In this document: positions 30,144-40,607 of the stretch, in pieces
Numbering within the stretch: the stretch's first letter is position 1
How the letters are laid out: the number at the start of each line of letters is the position of its first letter
NCBI GenBank assembly: GCA_963768055.1
Contig: CAVYGN010000002.1
Coordinates: 672,001 to 736,000 of the forward strand
DNA: 64,000 nucleotides
Reading direction: 5' to 3'
From: an uncultured Spirochaetota bacterium
GTDB lineage: Bacteria; Spirochaetota; Brevinematia; Brevinematales; JAOACQ01
Program-made: the position numbers and the translations under genes
Notes under the pieces: generated by a model
What the model was told of the DNA's origin: nothing
What the model saw: only the letters and a program-made list of their open reading frames with translations
Databases searched by the model: none

Positions 30144-31643
30144 GGTAATATCATAGACAACCCTGTTGACCTCTCTGATCCGCCTTATGATCCTGTTTGC
30201 CGCCTCGTCAAGGACTTCATAGGGAAGACGCGACCAATTGGCTGTCATACCGTCAAGACTTTCAACAGCCCTTAAAGCTATTACCTGTCCGTAAGCCCTT
30301 TCGTCTCCCATGACGCCCACACTCCTTACCGGAAGCAATACTGCAAATGCCTGCCATATTTTATCGTACCACCCGCTTTTTTTCAATTCGCTTATGAAAA
30401 TATCATCCGCTGTCCTCAATATGTCAAGCTTTTCTTTCGTGATTTCGCCCAGGGTCCTTACCGCAAGCCCCGGCCCTGGAAAGGGATGCCTGCCGAGAAT
30501 ATCCTCGGGAATACTTAAAATCCTGGCTACTTCCCTGACCTCGTCCTTAAACAGAAAACGGAACGGCTCAATGATTTTACCCTCCTTTTCAAGTTTCTGG
30601 ACCTCAGGAACCCGGTTATGATGGGTTTTGATTGTCTGGGACGGTCCCTTCACAGGGCTGGTTTCGATTACATCAGGATAAAGGGTCCCCTGGACCAGAA
30701 AGTCAAAATCCTTCAAACCATGGTAAAAGACATCGATAAAGGTTTTCCCGATTATTTTCCTTTTTTCTTCCGGAGATTCGACTCCCTTCAAATTCGAAAG
30801 GAAAATTTCAGAGGCGTCGGAGTATTCCACATTTAAACAAAGCCTATCCCTCAAATTTTGAAGCACCTCAACCGGCTCGTTCAATCTGAGAAGACCATTA
30901 TTGACAAAAATCGATTTGACATTATCGCCTAATGCCATCTGGACTAAAACCGCCAGAGTGGTGGAATCCACACCCCCGCTGACCCCAAGTACGACCTTTT
31001 TCCCTCCGCATTTTTCTTGCAGAAAATCAATTTCCTTTGCAACAAAATCCTGCATGCTCCAATTAGCCTTGGCGCCGCATAATTTGAAAATAAAGTTTGA
31101 AATAATTTTTTTGCCTTCCTCGGTATGAACCACTTCCGGATGAAATTGGACGGCAAATAATCCCCTTTCCCTGTTTTCTATGGCAGTAGTCACTCCGTCC
31201 AAGGTTTTGGCTACAGTCTGAAAACCGTCGGGAATATTAATGACAGAATCGCCATGGCTCATCCAGATAACGGATCGGGTTTTAACATTTTCAAATAAGG
31301 GTGACAATTTCTCCAGATTCAAAATCGCTTTTCCGTATTCCCTGCGGGTTGAACGTTCCACTTTTCCGCCAAGAAGCTTAGTCATAAGCTGCATGCCGTA
31401 ACAAACGCCGAGGATAGGGATCCTTATATTAAATATATCGGATGACGTGATCGGCGCATCTTTATCCAGTATGCTGGAAGGGCCTCCGGAAAGAATAATC
31501 CCATACGGGTTCAGTTTCTTTAGAATTTCCAGGTCCATTGAATACGGATGGATCTCGGAATAAACGCCAAGTTCCCTTATACGGCGTGCAATAAGCTGGG
31601 TATATTGAGACCCGAAATCCAGGATGATTATCCCTCTTTCCAT
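30111..31643 (-). CDS. guaA: GMP synthase (glutamine-hydrolysing)
   Basis: DFGSQYTQLIARR, GVCYGMQ, QFHPEV, SGGVDS, KPPATIEWE. Confidence 0.99.
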   Translation of the reverse strand: MERGIIILDFGSQYTQLIARRIRELGVYSEIHPYSMDLEILKKLNPYGIILSGGPSSILDKDAPITSSDIFNIRIPILGVCYGMQLMTKLLGGKVERSTRREYGKAILNLEKLSPLFENVKTRSVIWMSHGDSVINIPDGFQTVAKTLDGVTTAIENRERGLFAVQFHPEVVHTEEGKKIISNFIFKLCGAKANWSMQDFVAKEIDFLQEKCGGKKVVLGVSGGVDSTTLAVLVQMALGDNVKSIFVNNGLLRLNEPVEVLQNLRDRLCLNVEYSDASEIFLSNLKGVESPEEKRKIIGKTFIDVFYHGLKDFDFLVQGTLYPDVIETSPVKGPSQTIKTHHNRVPEVQKLEKEGKIIEPFRFLFKDEVREVARILSIPEDILGRHPFPGPGLAVRTLGEITKEKLDILRTADDIFISELKKSGWYDKIWQAFAVLLPVRSVGVMGDERAYGQVIALRAVESLDGMTANWSRLPYEVLDEAANRIIRRIREVNRVVYDITSKPPATIEWE

Positions 31644-31646
31644 AGG

Positions 31647-31919
31647 CTAGATTTTTTTCCTTATATCTGAAATTGCTTTGGTCAATATATCGATATCCTT
31701 TTCTATTCTTTCATAATCCTTTTCTTTAAGTGATTTTTTCATATTAAAAAGCCTGGAATAGATAATATTTAGAAACGAAAGCCAGTATGAGCCGCTTGCA
31801 GCTATAGCCTTAACAATCTTTGTAATATTTCCCTCGTTATCATTTTTACCGTTCTGCATAATTTCCATGACAGCCGAAAAAATCAGGTCCCTTTCAGAAG
31901 GGCATGTGTAAGTTTTCAT
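31647..31919 (-). CDS. hypothetical protein
   Basis: 90-aa ORF tightly packed between the phosphatase gene and guaA. Confidence 0.55.
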   Translation of the reverse strand: MKTYTCPSERDLIFSAVMEIMQNGKNDNEGNITKIVKAIAASGSYWLSFLNIIYSRLFNMKKSLKEKDYERIEKDIDILTKAISDIRKKI

Positions 31920-34165
31920 AAAACAACCCTCATGATTATAAGCGTTATATCGTCGCTTGGTTCCGCACCCTCTGTAAATTCCCTTAAATCCCCAATAAGG
32001 TTGTCTCTCATGCGGTCCAGGTCGCCAGCAGCGAATTTTTTTATAGCTGATATCAGTCTTTCTTCTCCATATTCCTCGTCTTTTATCGATTTCGCCTCAA
32101 TAATCCCATCTGTAAAAGCAACCATATAATCACCTTTTTTAAGTTGAACCTGATGAAGGATTATTTCAGGGTTGAAGACAACGCTGTCAACCATACCGAT
32201 AGGCATTCCACCGGTTTCCAGCTGCTTGATCTTTTCATCTTTTGAATTGTAAATTATTGCCGGATGATGCCCTGCGTTCGTATAGTAAAGTATGCCGGAA
32301 GATATGTCAACAACAGAATAAAGTATAGTAGCAAACATATTGGGAAGAGTATCCCTTTTAAGAATAGGATTTATTCCCTTCAACACCGTGGAAGTGTCCT
32401 TTTCCCCGGCGGCGTAAGTTCTCAGGTGAGATCTAAGCATAGACATGACAATGCCGGCACCTACTCCATGACCAGTTACATCGGCGATCACTATACCGAA
32501 ATGATTATAATCTACATCGATAAAATCGTAATAATCCCCGCCGGATTCGGTCTGCGGCTTGTAATAGGCTGAAAATTTATATTTCTCGGTATTCGGGAAT
32601 GATTTAGGAAGTATGGCTTCCTGAATTGCGCTTGCATTTTTAAGTTCGGCTTCCATCCTGGCTTTATCCTTCACTTCCTCAAACGCCTTTTTCAGGCTGA
32701 CGGTCATAATATTGAATTTATCAGCGAGCTGGCCGATTTCATCCTTTGCTTTCATATTTATCTTTCTATCAAGATTACCCCGGGCTATTTCATCTGTTCC
32801 ATCCGAAAGCACTCTGAGCGGTCTGATCATGAAAGAAACAAAAAAATAAGTCAGGGCAAATAACCGAAGAATTATCATAACGGCAATATTTATTATATCG
32901 TTATTGATCGCTATCTGATCCAGCCTGATCTGATTTAGATCCAGCACTATTCTAACGGTCCCTATCCGGTAGATATTTTTGAAATCGCTGAAGATTTTCT
33001 CAATTTTTTCCCCGGAGAAGCTGACTCCACTGTAACGGAAATTTTCAAGATTTTTCCAATCACTGTAGAGTTGTTTCATTGATGAAGAAAAATTATCCTT
33101 GTTCAATAAAGTATCACCGATCTTCTGGTCCTTCTTGAGGCTATTGGATAATTTATAGTCTATGGAGGTCAGCTTACCGACAAGATTGTCGAAATTCCTG
33201 GTAAAATTATTTTTGCTGTCAATATAACCGGAGAGATAATTGCCCAGATAATTAATAAACTGATTATCGTTTTTCAACTCCTCGTCAAAGGTGATTTTAT
33301 TATTGAATAGTTTTTTCCTGCTCCGTAAAGATATATATTCGTCGGCTTTATTTCCCGCCCAACCCAATCTCATCATCGTACTGATAAGTTCTGAAAAATC
33401 CCTATCCGTCAATGTTATAAGCCCGCCCGCCTTTAAGGAATCCCATTTCATTTTCCATAACGCCAGCCGGTTAATTTCAATAAAAGTGATTTTTGTTAAA
33501 TTTTGTCCGGTATTTTTTGTACTTCCGGGATTTTTAATATAAGGCCCGGCAGTTTCTTCAAAATCCTTTATAAAACGAAAATCGTTTATCATTTCTTCAG
33601 GATAGATTTCTCCCTTAAACAGTTTTCCATTATTATACATATCAATAAATTCGTCTATCTTAATAAATTCTGTTTTAGATAAATGCGGATGGTAAAAAGG
33701 CATGAATCCGTTAAACCAATGGATACCTTTGGATTTATCCTCATACTCTTCATAATAAACCTTGCTTTCGAATGCTTTTTTAAATTCGCTGTACATAACT
33801 CCGATCTTCTTGTTTACAGAATTTTCATCAGAATGAACAATGATATTTCCAGCGTTGTCTATAAACATTGCCATTTCAAAATTCGTAATATTTTTATAAG
33901 ACTGGAGTATATCTGTAAGGCTCACCCGGTCATGTTTTTCTATCAATATTACTTCCACGTCCTTCCTGAAGGTTTCAAGATAGACATTCATGGTATCTTC
34001 AAGTCTTTTCTTAAGAATATCATTTTGATAATTAACTATAAATCTGAAAAGTATGACTACGCCGATTATAAAAAGAACGAAAACCAGCAGAGTTGCCTTC
34101 CATTTTATACTGAAAAATACCGGCCTGATACTGGAAATGTCCCTGGCCTTTTTTGTCAATGCCAT
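31916..34165 (-). CDS. membrane sensor with HAMP and SpoIIE/PP2C phosphatase domains
   Basis: TM - large extracytoplasmic region - TM; HAMP DEIGQLA..FN; GGDYYD, ADVTGHG, FTDGI, DDIT; SD GGGAG before ATG at 34165. Confidence 0.9.
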   Translation of the reverse strand: MALTKKARDISSIRPVFFSIKWKATLLVFVLFIIGVVILFRFIVNYQNDILKKRLEDTMNVYLETFRKDVEVILIEKHDRVSLTDILQSYKNITNFEMAMFIDNAGNIIVHSDENSVNKKIGVMYSEFKKAFESKVYYEEYEDKSKGIHWFNGFMPFYHPHLSKTEFIKIDEFIDMYNNGKLFKGEIYPEEMINDFRFIKDFEETAGPYIKNPGSTKNTGQNLTKITFIEINRLALWKMKWDSLKAGGLITLTDRDFSELISTMMRLGWAGNKADEYISLRSRKKLFNNKITFDEELKNDNQFINYLGNYLSGYIDSKNNFTRNFDNLVGKLTSIDYKLSNSLKKDQKIGDTLLNKDNFSSSMKQLYSDWKNLENFRYSGVSFSGEKIEKIFSDFKNIYRIGTVRIVLDLNQIRLDQIAINNDIINIAVMIILRLFALTYFFVSFMIRPLRVLSDGTDEIARGNLDRKINMKAKDEIGQLADKFNIMTVSLKKAFEEVKDKARMEAELKNASAIQEAILPKSFPNTEKYKFSAYYKPQTESGGDYYDFIDVDYNHFGIVIADVTGHGVGAGIVMSMLRSHLRTYAAGEKDTSTVLKGINPILKRDTLPNMFATILYSVVDISSGILYYTNAGHHPAIIYNSKDEKIKQLETGGMPIGMVDSVVFNPEIILHQVQLKKGDYMVAFTDGIIEAKSIKDEEYGEERLISAIKKFAAGDLDRMRDNLIGDLREFTEGAEPSDDITLIIMRVVL

Positions 34166-34288
34166 ATTATCTCCCGGTTTATACAATTTATTTATTTTAT
34201 AATCAAATGCTTTCTTTTACAATATTATTCAATATTTTGGGGACCGATTAATTGATATTATTGGAATATAAATTATAATTTATAGGCG

Positions 34289-34343
34289 CTTGTGCCCATA
34301 GGGTACACCTGAATGATATTAGATGTACCCTAACGGGCACAAG
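34289..34343. repeat. long imperfect inverted repeat (REP-like hairpin)
   Basis: CTTGTGCCCATAGGGTACA ... TGTACCCTAACGGGCACAAG. Confidence 0.75.
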
Positions 34344-34393
34344 TATAACCTTAGTGCATCCTGAATAGCATTAGAATCAAAAGGAAAAAGATT

Positions 34394-34921
34394 ATGAGGG
34401 TTATTTACCTGACAGCCATCAAGGAGTGGATAACAAATAAATATAACGACGGTTTGAAGTTATGGAAAGAAATAGCCGAAGAATTGGGAATCGGGGTTGA
34501 TTCTTTTAATAACCAGGACAATTATATCTCTTTTCAGCGTTTAAAATTATTGCTTAATATTTCGGCAAAAAAGATTAAGAAATCAGAATTTGACCTCAGT
34601 GTGGAATTCCTGCAGTACTGGCTAACGGATTTTGCGCCCAGGCTTTTCCAATCTCTGGCAAGGAGCGCAGGTTCTGTTAAAGAATTTTTATTTAATTATG
34701 TAAAATTGAATAATGAACTGTGCCAGTTTATACCCAATAACAGTTATATATTTAAAATAGACTTAAAGGAAAACGATAAGCAGACATTAACCGCTGTTTA
34801 TGGAAACGAAAAGAGCCTTGTTGATATTATCGGGCTTTTGCGCGGTATCGGCGCCTACTACAAGGAACAATATACTATAAAAAAGATTAATCCTTTCAGC
34901 ATTGAAATACATTTTACTTAG
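34394..34921 (+). CDS. heme NO/O2-binding (H-NOX)-like protein, degenerate
   Basis: Length (175 aa) and pattern M...I.....KY...W.EI....G / SVKEFL / IGLLRGIGAYYKE match the H-NOX fold. Confidence 0.7.
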   Translation: MRVIYLTAIKEWITNKYNDGLKLWKEIAEELGIGVDSFNNQDNYISFQRLKLLLNISAKKIKKSEFDLSVEFLQYWLTDFAPRLFQSLARSAGSVKEFLFNYVKLNNELCQFIPNNSYIFKIDLKENDKQTLTAVYGNEKSLVDIIGLLRGIGAYYKEQYTIKKINPFSIEIHFT

Positions 34922-34939
34922 TAACGACAGGAGTTTCCG

Positions 34940-35242
34940 ATGACGGAAAAAACCACTCTTAAAGACCAGAATTTAAAAATAGAAATCGCAAGCGATGAAA
35001 ACATAGTAAAATATTCGAATTTTGCTATTGTTTCTCATTCGCAGGAAGAATTTGTTATCGACTTTGCTCATATTTTGCCGGGAAAAGAAGAAGCCAAGAT
35101 TATTACCAGGATAATAATGACACCGAAAAACGCAAAAAATTTCCTGGCGGCGATAGGCAATAACATATCCAATTATGAAAGACAGTTCGGGGAAATAATC
35201 ATCCCTGTCAAGCCGCCAGATAAATTCCATGAAGTCCAGTAA
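34940..35242 (+). CDS. DUF3467 family protein
   Basis: YSNFAIVSHSQEEFVIDF...RIIMTPKNAK...YERQFGEI. Confidence 0.85.
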   Translation: MTEKTTLKDQNLKIEIASDENIVKYSNFAIVSHSQEEFVIDFAHILPGKEEAKIITRIIMTPKNAKNFLAAIGNNISNYERQFGEIIIPVKPPDKFHEVQ

Positions 35243-35256
35243 TTCGAGAAAAATTC

Positions 35257-35715
35257 ATGGAGAAAAAAAAGATAATTGAAATCTCTCAAAACAAAAAAGC
35301 CTTTCATGATTACGAAATTTTAAATACTATCGAAGCCGGGATAGAATTAAAGGGAACCGAGATTAAATCGATCCGTGATCATTCAGTCAACCTGAAAGAC
35401 AGTTTTGTGATCATCAGGAATGGAGAAGCTATCATTTATAACCTTCATATCAGCCCTTACGGTTTCGGGAATATATTTAATCATGATGTTCTTCGGGTAA
35501 GAAAGCTTCTGCTGCATAAAAAGGAGATATTAAAATTATCCGGGCTTTCATCACAAAAAGGTGTTACTCTTGTCCCTACAAAAATTTACATAAAAGGTAA
35601 ATATGCAAAGGTGATGATAGGCATCGCAAAGGGGAAAAAACTTCATGAGAAAAAGGCGGCCTTAAAAGAAAGGGATATTAAGAGGGATATGGACAGAGAA
35701 ATGAGCGAACGTTAG
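35257..35715 (+). CDS. smpB: SsrA-binding protein
   Basis: NKKAFHDY...EAGIELKGTEIKS, RKLLLHKKEI. Confidence 0.97.
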   Translation: MEKKKIIEISQNKKAFHDYEILNTIEAGIELKGTEIKSIRDHSVNLKDSFVIIRNGEAIIYNLHISPYGFGNIFNHDVLRVRKLLLHKKEILKLSGLSSQKGVTLVPTKIYIKGKYAKVMIGIAKGKKLHEKKAALKERDIKRDMDREMSER

Positions 35716-35727
35716 CGGCCGGATACC

Positions 35728-36411
35728 TCAGTTTCTTCCTCTCGAGATTAAAATGAGTCTCAGTAATTGCATTAATGCCATCAATGCAGCGGCGACATAA
35801 GTAAGGGCTGCGGCAGAAAGGACTTTCCCGGCGCCTTCAAGCTCTATAACAGTCAGATAAGAACCCTGCTTTAATATCTTTAATGCCCTTCCGCTTGCAT
35901 CGAATTCAACCGGCAATGTGATAAAATGGAAAATAACGACACCTGTGAATAAAAATATACCGATATGAATTAATAAAGGATAACTAAATAGGATCCCTAC
36001 AATAAACAGCGGAAAAGCCAGCCATGATGTTATCCCGGCTACCGGGACTAAAGAGTTCCTGATAAAAACCGGCGTATATCCCCTTGCATGCTGAATTGCA
36101 TGCCCGCTTTCATGAGCGGCGATCCCCAAAGCCGCGATCGACGCCTGGCTGTAGACAGGTCCGGAGAGGTTCAAAACCTTATGGACCGGATCATAATGCT
36201 CCGTCAATTCTCCATTAATCATCCGGATTTTGATGTCATGAATTCCATAAGCCGTTAATATTTTTTCGGCAGCCTCTGCCCCTGTAATATTTCTCTCAGT
36301 AGTTACCCGGGAATATTTACGGTAAGTTCCTTTAGTTTTTGCCTGCGCCCACATTGCGAAAATCAAAGGCGGAATTATTAAAAGAAAAGTCCAATCGAAC
36401 AAATAAAGCAT
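35728..36411 (-). CDS. putative neutral zinc metallopeptidase (YugP-like), membrane protein
   Basis: HYDP, AAHESGHAIQH, TLPVEFDASGRA, AAALTYVAA. Confidence 0.9.
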   Translation of the reverse strand: MLYLFDWTFLLIIPPLIFAMWAQAKTKGTYRKYSRVTTERNITGAEAAEKILTAYGIHDIKIRMINGELTEHYDPVHKVLNLSGPVYSQASIAALGIAAHESGHAIQHARGYTPVFIRNSLVPVAGITSWLAFPLFIVGILFSYPLLIHIGIFLFTGVVIFHFITLPVEFDASGRALKILKQGSYLTVIELEGAGKVLSAAALTYVAAALMALMQLLRLILISRGRN

Positions 36412-36425
36412 TTTAATCCTCCGGT

Positions 36426-39400
36426 TTAATGTTGCGGAGCGTCTCCTATAGCCTTGAACAGGATCTCGGCGTCGTCAAATTCCACGTTAATTATCTTGGA
36501 AACGCCCATCTCTTCCATTGTAACGCCGTAAAGGGCGTCACAGATCTCTAATGTAGATTTTGAATGTGATACAATTACAAACTGGCTTGTTTCCTTAAAA
36601 TCATGCAGAAGCGATTTAAATCGTTCGATGTTATCATCATCAAGAGAAGCGTCTATCTCATCAAGTACGACGAACGGCGTAGGTTTCAGATAAAGTATAG
36701 AAAATATTACAGCGATAGCAACAAGAGCCCTTTCTCCTCCGGATAATAAAGATATACTCTGAAATTTTTTCCCGGGAGGTTCCGCGAAAATATTTACACC
36801 GCTGTTAAGGACATCTTTTTCATCCTCCAATAACAAATCCGCCCTTCCTCCGTCAAACAGCCTTGCGAATATTTTTTTAAATCCCTTCCGGATATCTTCA
36901 AAAGACGAAGTGAACTGCTCGATGCATTTTTTATTTGTTTCATCTATCAGGGCTATTATATCGATCATGGCCTTTTCACTATCCTGTTTCTGAATCGACA
37001 GGAATTCAAGCCTTTCTTTTGCATTCCGGTACTGCTCGATCGCCAATAGATTCACATCTCCGATCTTTTGCAATTCAGCCCTGAAGCTGTTGATCAATCC
37101 GTAAGTTTTTTCAATATTATCACCCTTGTCAATTTGTATAGTTTTTATATCCACATTGTAATTTTTTTGAACGTTATCGATGATTGACGATAAAAAGCCC
37201 TTTCGTTCCGAAATCGAATTATCAAGGCCGGAAATTATTTTTTCGATTTTTTGAGCGTTTTCTTCGGTGTTTTTTCTTTGATTATCGAGGTTTTTTTTCG
37301 CTTTTTGCATGCCTTCTATTAGCTTTTTTTTATTTTCAATATTATTTTTGTATTCCTCAATACGCCCTTCTAGCTTCGATTTACCGTCTTCATCAATTGT
37401 AATCCTATCGCTTATGTCCTTAATCGATAACCCGGTGTTATCTCTATCGTGCAAGTAACTTTCTTTCATTTTATCGATATCTGCAATCTGGTTTTTTATT
37501 CTAAGTATTTCGTTAGACAGGGATAAATACTTTTCATCTATTCTCGCAAAATCAATTTTTTTCTTGTTTAGTTCATCAAAATAGTTATTCCTGTCCGATT
37601 TTATCCTTATCATCTTGTCTTCATAATCGTCTATGATTTTTATCATTTCTTCAGTGATGGTCTGCCTTGTTTTGATTTTTTCGGATATGTCATTGATCTG
37701 GTTCTCAATCGTTTTCAAGGATTCCTGGGCTGAAAGTAATTCGGAATTGAATTTATTTATTTCATTTTTCATGCTGACAGCGTCATACTGACTCTTGTTA
37801 TAATTATTCTGTATTCCTTCCCTTATTTCCTGCATGTCCTTTAAAAGTTCCCTGGTCTTTTCGATTTCATCACTATTCCCGGCAATCATGGCCTCTGTTT
37901 GTTCGATCTTCCCGAGAAGGGATTCTTTTTTAGTATACGTACCGTCATCGCTGTAAAGGACGTTCAATATACTTTCATAATACTCCTTGTACCGGTAGAA
38001 CTGATTTTTTAGCGTATTCATTCTGTCCTTGATCTGATCCAATGGCGAATTATTCCGGATAATACCTATAAGATCCGAAAAAATTAAATCTATTTCAACT
38101 TCAATTTCAGGCTTTTTCCCCGTAAAATCTTTCATTAATTTAGCCTGTTTTTCAAGGGATTCAATAATGAGACGATCCATTTTCCTTGATTCTTCCTGGA
38201 TGAAACTTACTTCGTCGTTTAATTGATGATTTTCATCTTTAAGTTTTTTTTCCCTGTCATGCAGGGTTTCAATTTCTTTAACAGCTTTAGTTAATTCTTC
38301 CGTCAAAAAAGAAATATTCTGTCCGGTTATCTCAGCTTGTTCTTTTTTTTCATTTATCTGTTGTTCGATTGTTTTCATCAGGTTCCATTTTTCCTCAAGT
38401 GTGGTGCGAAAATTTTCTAACCGGGTTTGCAGCGCTATAATCTCCTGCTTGTTTTTTTCCACATTATCCTTGCTGATTATCTTTTCAAAACCGATTCCCT
38501 TGGACAGGCCCAGCGCCCTCTCGTCCAGATGTTTAATTGAAAGATGAATTTCGTCGATCTTGGCTTCAATGTTTCTCAAACTCTCTGAAACGGCTTCTTT
38601 ATCTTCAGAAGCAGAGTTTAGTTCATTCTTTTTTCCTGCAAATTCGTTTTTAAGGGCATTTCCTCTGTCTTCACCGTCTTTAAGCCTGCTTTCCAGGTTC
38701 AGTATCTGCCGTTCCATGGCTTTTTTTCTTTCTATGTTATTTATCAGCCTTGAGTTAAGTTCTCCAAACTCTCTCTCAGCCCGGGTATATTCATCGCGCA
38801 GATTGTTAAAATAGCCTTCATCCTTTTGAATATTTTCTTCCAGTTCGATAATTTTATTTTCATTAAAAACAAGCTGGTCTATCAGGGGCTTCATCTTTTC
38901 CTCATTAGCCGCCTTTTGCGCTGTTTTATTCTCTATTTCAGCTTCACAATTTGCCTTTCGCAGCGCTTCAAATTTCAATTCCTCCCTCTGTAATCCTGCT
39001 TTAAATTCCTGGTACCGGTTTGCATTATCCGCCTGTTCTTTCAAGCTGATCACTTCTCTATCAAGTTCCATTATTATATCATTCAATCTTTCAAGATTTG
39101 TTCTTGAATTTTCAAGCTTTTTTTCTGCTTCTTCTTTTCTATATTTAAATTTTGAAATGCCGGCGAAATCCTCAAAAAGAGCTCTTCTTTCAATAGGGCT
39201 CTCGCTGAGAAGCCTGTCTATTTTACCCTGTTCGAATATAGAATAACTATCCCTCCCGACCCCTGTATCCAGGAAAAGTTCTACAACATCCTTTAAGCGC
39301 ACCCTGGATTTATTTATAGAATACTGGCCTTCTCCCGACCGGAACATTCTCCTGGATACAGATACTTCGGAAAAATCAATCGGGAGCCAATGATTGTCAT

Positions 39401-39662
39401 TATCAAAAATAAGCCCCACTTCAGCCATACTCATGGCCGCACGGTCTTTGGTGCCGTTAAATATTACGTCTTCCATCCTATCGCCGCGAAGGCTTTTTGC
39501 GCTTTGCTCTCCCATCACCCATCTGATAGCTTCAACAATATTTGATTTGCCCGAACCGTTTGCGCCGACAATGCCGGTTATGCCGTCAACAAGTTCTAAC
39601 TGTGTTTTAACGGGAAAAGATTTGAAACCCTGCAGGTATAGGTATTTTAAGTATTTGACCAT
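36426..39662 (-). CDS. smc: chromosome segregation protein SMC (no canonical hinge visible)
   Basis: GFKSF, GANGSGKSN, LSGGE, VVLDEIDASLD; long coiled coil. Confidence 0.93.
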   Translation of the reverse strand: MVKYLKYLYLQGFKSFPVKTQLELVDGITGIVGANGSGKSNIVEAIRWVMGEQSAKSLRGDRMEDVIFNGTKDRAAMSMAEVGLIFDNDNHWLPIDFSEVSVSRRMFRSGEGQYSINKSRVRLKDVVELFLDTGVGRDSYSIFEQGKIDRLLSESPIERRALFEDFAGISKFKYRKEEAEKKLENSRTNLERLNDIIMELDREVISLKEQADNANRYQEFKAGLQREELKFEALRKANCEAEIENKTAQKAANEEKMKPLIDQLVFNENKIIELEENIQKDEGYFNNLRDEYTRAEREFGELNSRLINNIERKKAMERQILNLESRLKDGEDRGNALKNEFAGKKNELNSASEDKEAVSESLRNIEAKIDEIHLSIKHLDERALGLSKGIGFEKIISKDNVEKNKQEIIALQTRLENFRTTLEEKWNLMKTIEQQINEKKEQAEITGQNISFLTEELTKAVKEIETLHDREKKLKDENHQLNDEVSFIQEESRKMDRLIIESLEKQAKLMKDFTGKKPEIEVEIDLIFSDLIGIIRNNSPLDQIKDRMNTLKNQFYRYKEYYESILNVLYSDDGTYTKKESLLGKIEQTEAMIAGNSDEIEKTRELLKDMQEIREGIQNNYNKSQYDAVSMKNEINKFNSELLSAQESLKTIENQINDISEKIKTRQTITEEMIKIIDDYEDKMIRIKSDRNNYFDELNKKKIDFARIDEKYLSLSNEILRIKNQIADIDKMKESYLHDRDNTGLSIKDISDRITIDEDGKSKLEGRIEEYKNNIENKKKLIEGMQKAKKNLDNQRKNTEENAQKIEKIISGLDNSISERKGFLSSIIDNVQKNYNVDIKTIQIDKGDNIEKTYGLINSFRAELQKIGDVNLLAIEQYRNAKERLEFLSIQKQDSEKAMIDIIALIDETNKKCIEQFTSSFEDIRKGFKKIFARLFDGGRADLLLEDEKDVLNSGVNIFAEPPGKKFQSISLLSGGERALVAIAVIFSILYLKPTPFVVLDEIDASLDDDNIERFKSLLHDFKETSQFVIVSHSKSTLEICDALYGVTMEEMGVSKIINVEFDDAEILFKAIGDAPQH

Positions 39663-39753
39663 TCTCCCCTCTTTTTAATAAAAGGATGGTTGAATTAACT
39701 ATTATAAAGTTTCAGTTCATTTTTATCAATAAGAGGGCATAGATTTGTCGAGT

Positions 39754-40584
39754 TTAGCAAGCATAATAATAATATGCGAGATGGGGAAACCGGAGCTTTA
39801 TATTTGTAAGGACCTTTTTTTCTATCTGCCTTGTAGCCTCAGCGGATATAGAATATTTACTGCCAAGGTTATTAAGAGTTTGTTTTTTATCCTCTGTCAG
39901 TCCATACCTGTTTTTTATTATATCCCTTTCCCTGTTTGGAAATGAATCGATTGCTGACATAACATCCTCTTTTAACTTTTTCTTTTCAAAAATTGATTCG
40001 GGGTTATAACTGTTGTCCTGCACCATATCTACCAATTCATCATTCGGGTCGAGGCCGCCGCCGCTGTATTGAAATTCTCCATTGCCCCTGTAAAGCATTA
40101 CAATATCGATCACATCCCTTCGCTTTACCTTGAGTTCACTGATTATCTTTGCGATATCCGGCAATTTTTCGTTTTTGGAAAAGTGTTCCCTGATATAATT
40201 CTTTATTTTTTTATTGATCTCATCCTTCCTGTAAGAAATGCTCACACTGAGAGCAGGCTTAATAAAACCCCTCAATATTGACTGCTTTATCCAGAAGGCT
40301 GCGTAGGTTGAAAATTTTACGTCCCGGGCGGGGTTAAATTTGTCCGCCGCCTTAATAAGGCCTAAATTTCCGTTTTGAATGATATCCATTATAGAAGATC
40401 TTCCCTTGCAATATTCCGCTGCAATTTTTACAACCAGCTTAAGATTTGAGTTAATTAATTTTTCAAGCGCAGATCGGTCACCCACTTTTATCTTTAGAGA
40501 AAGTTCTTTTTCCTCATCACGGGTAATACGGGAAAACTTTGAAATACTTTTGATGTATTGCCGGAGTAATGTGATATCTTTCAT
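39754..40584 (-). CDS. RpoS/RpoD-family sigma factor lacking region 1.1 (RpoS-like)
   Basis: LINSNLKLVVKIA, DIIQNGNLGLIKAADKF, KFSTYAAFWIKQ, region 4 EATRQIEKK; SD GGGGG before ATG at 40584. Confidence 0.88.
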   Translation of the reverse strand: MKDITLLRQYIKSISKFSRITRDEEKELSLKIKVGDRSALEKLINSNLKLVVKIAAEYCKGRSSIMDIIQNGNLGLIKAADKFNPARDVKFSTYAAFWIKQSILRGFIKPALSVSISYRKDEINKKIKNYIREHFSKNEKLPDIAKIISELKVKRRDVIDIVMLYRGNGEFQYSGGGLDPNDELVDMVQDNSYNPESIFEKKKLKEDVMSAIDSFPNRERDIIKNRYGLTEDKKQTLNNLGSKYSISAEATRQIEKKVLTNIKLRFPHLAYYYYAC

Positions 40585-40607
40585 AATATCCCCCTGATAA
40601 TTAAATG

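Noticed and set aside
35257..35730. tmRNA next to smpB
   Set aside because: No intergenic room and no tmRNA-like termini seen.
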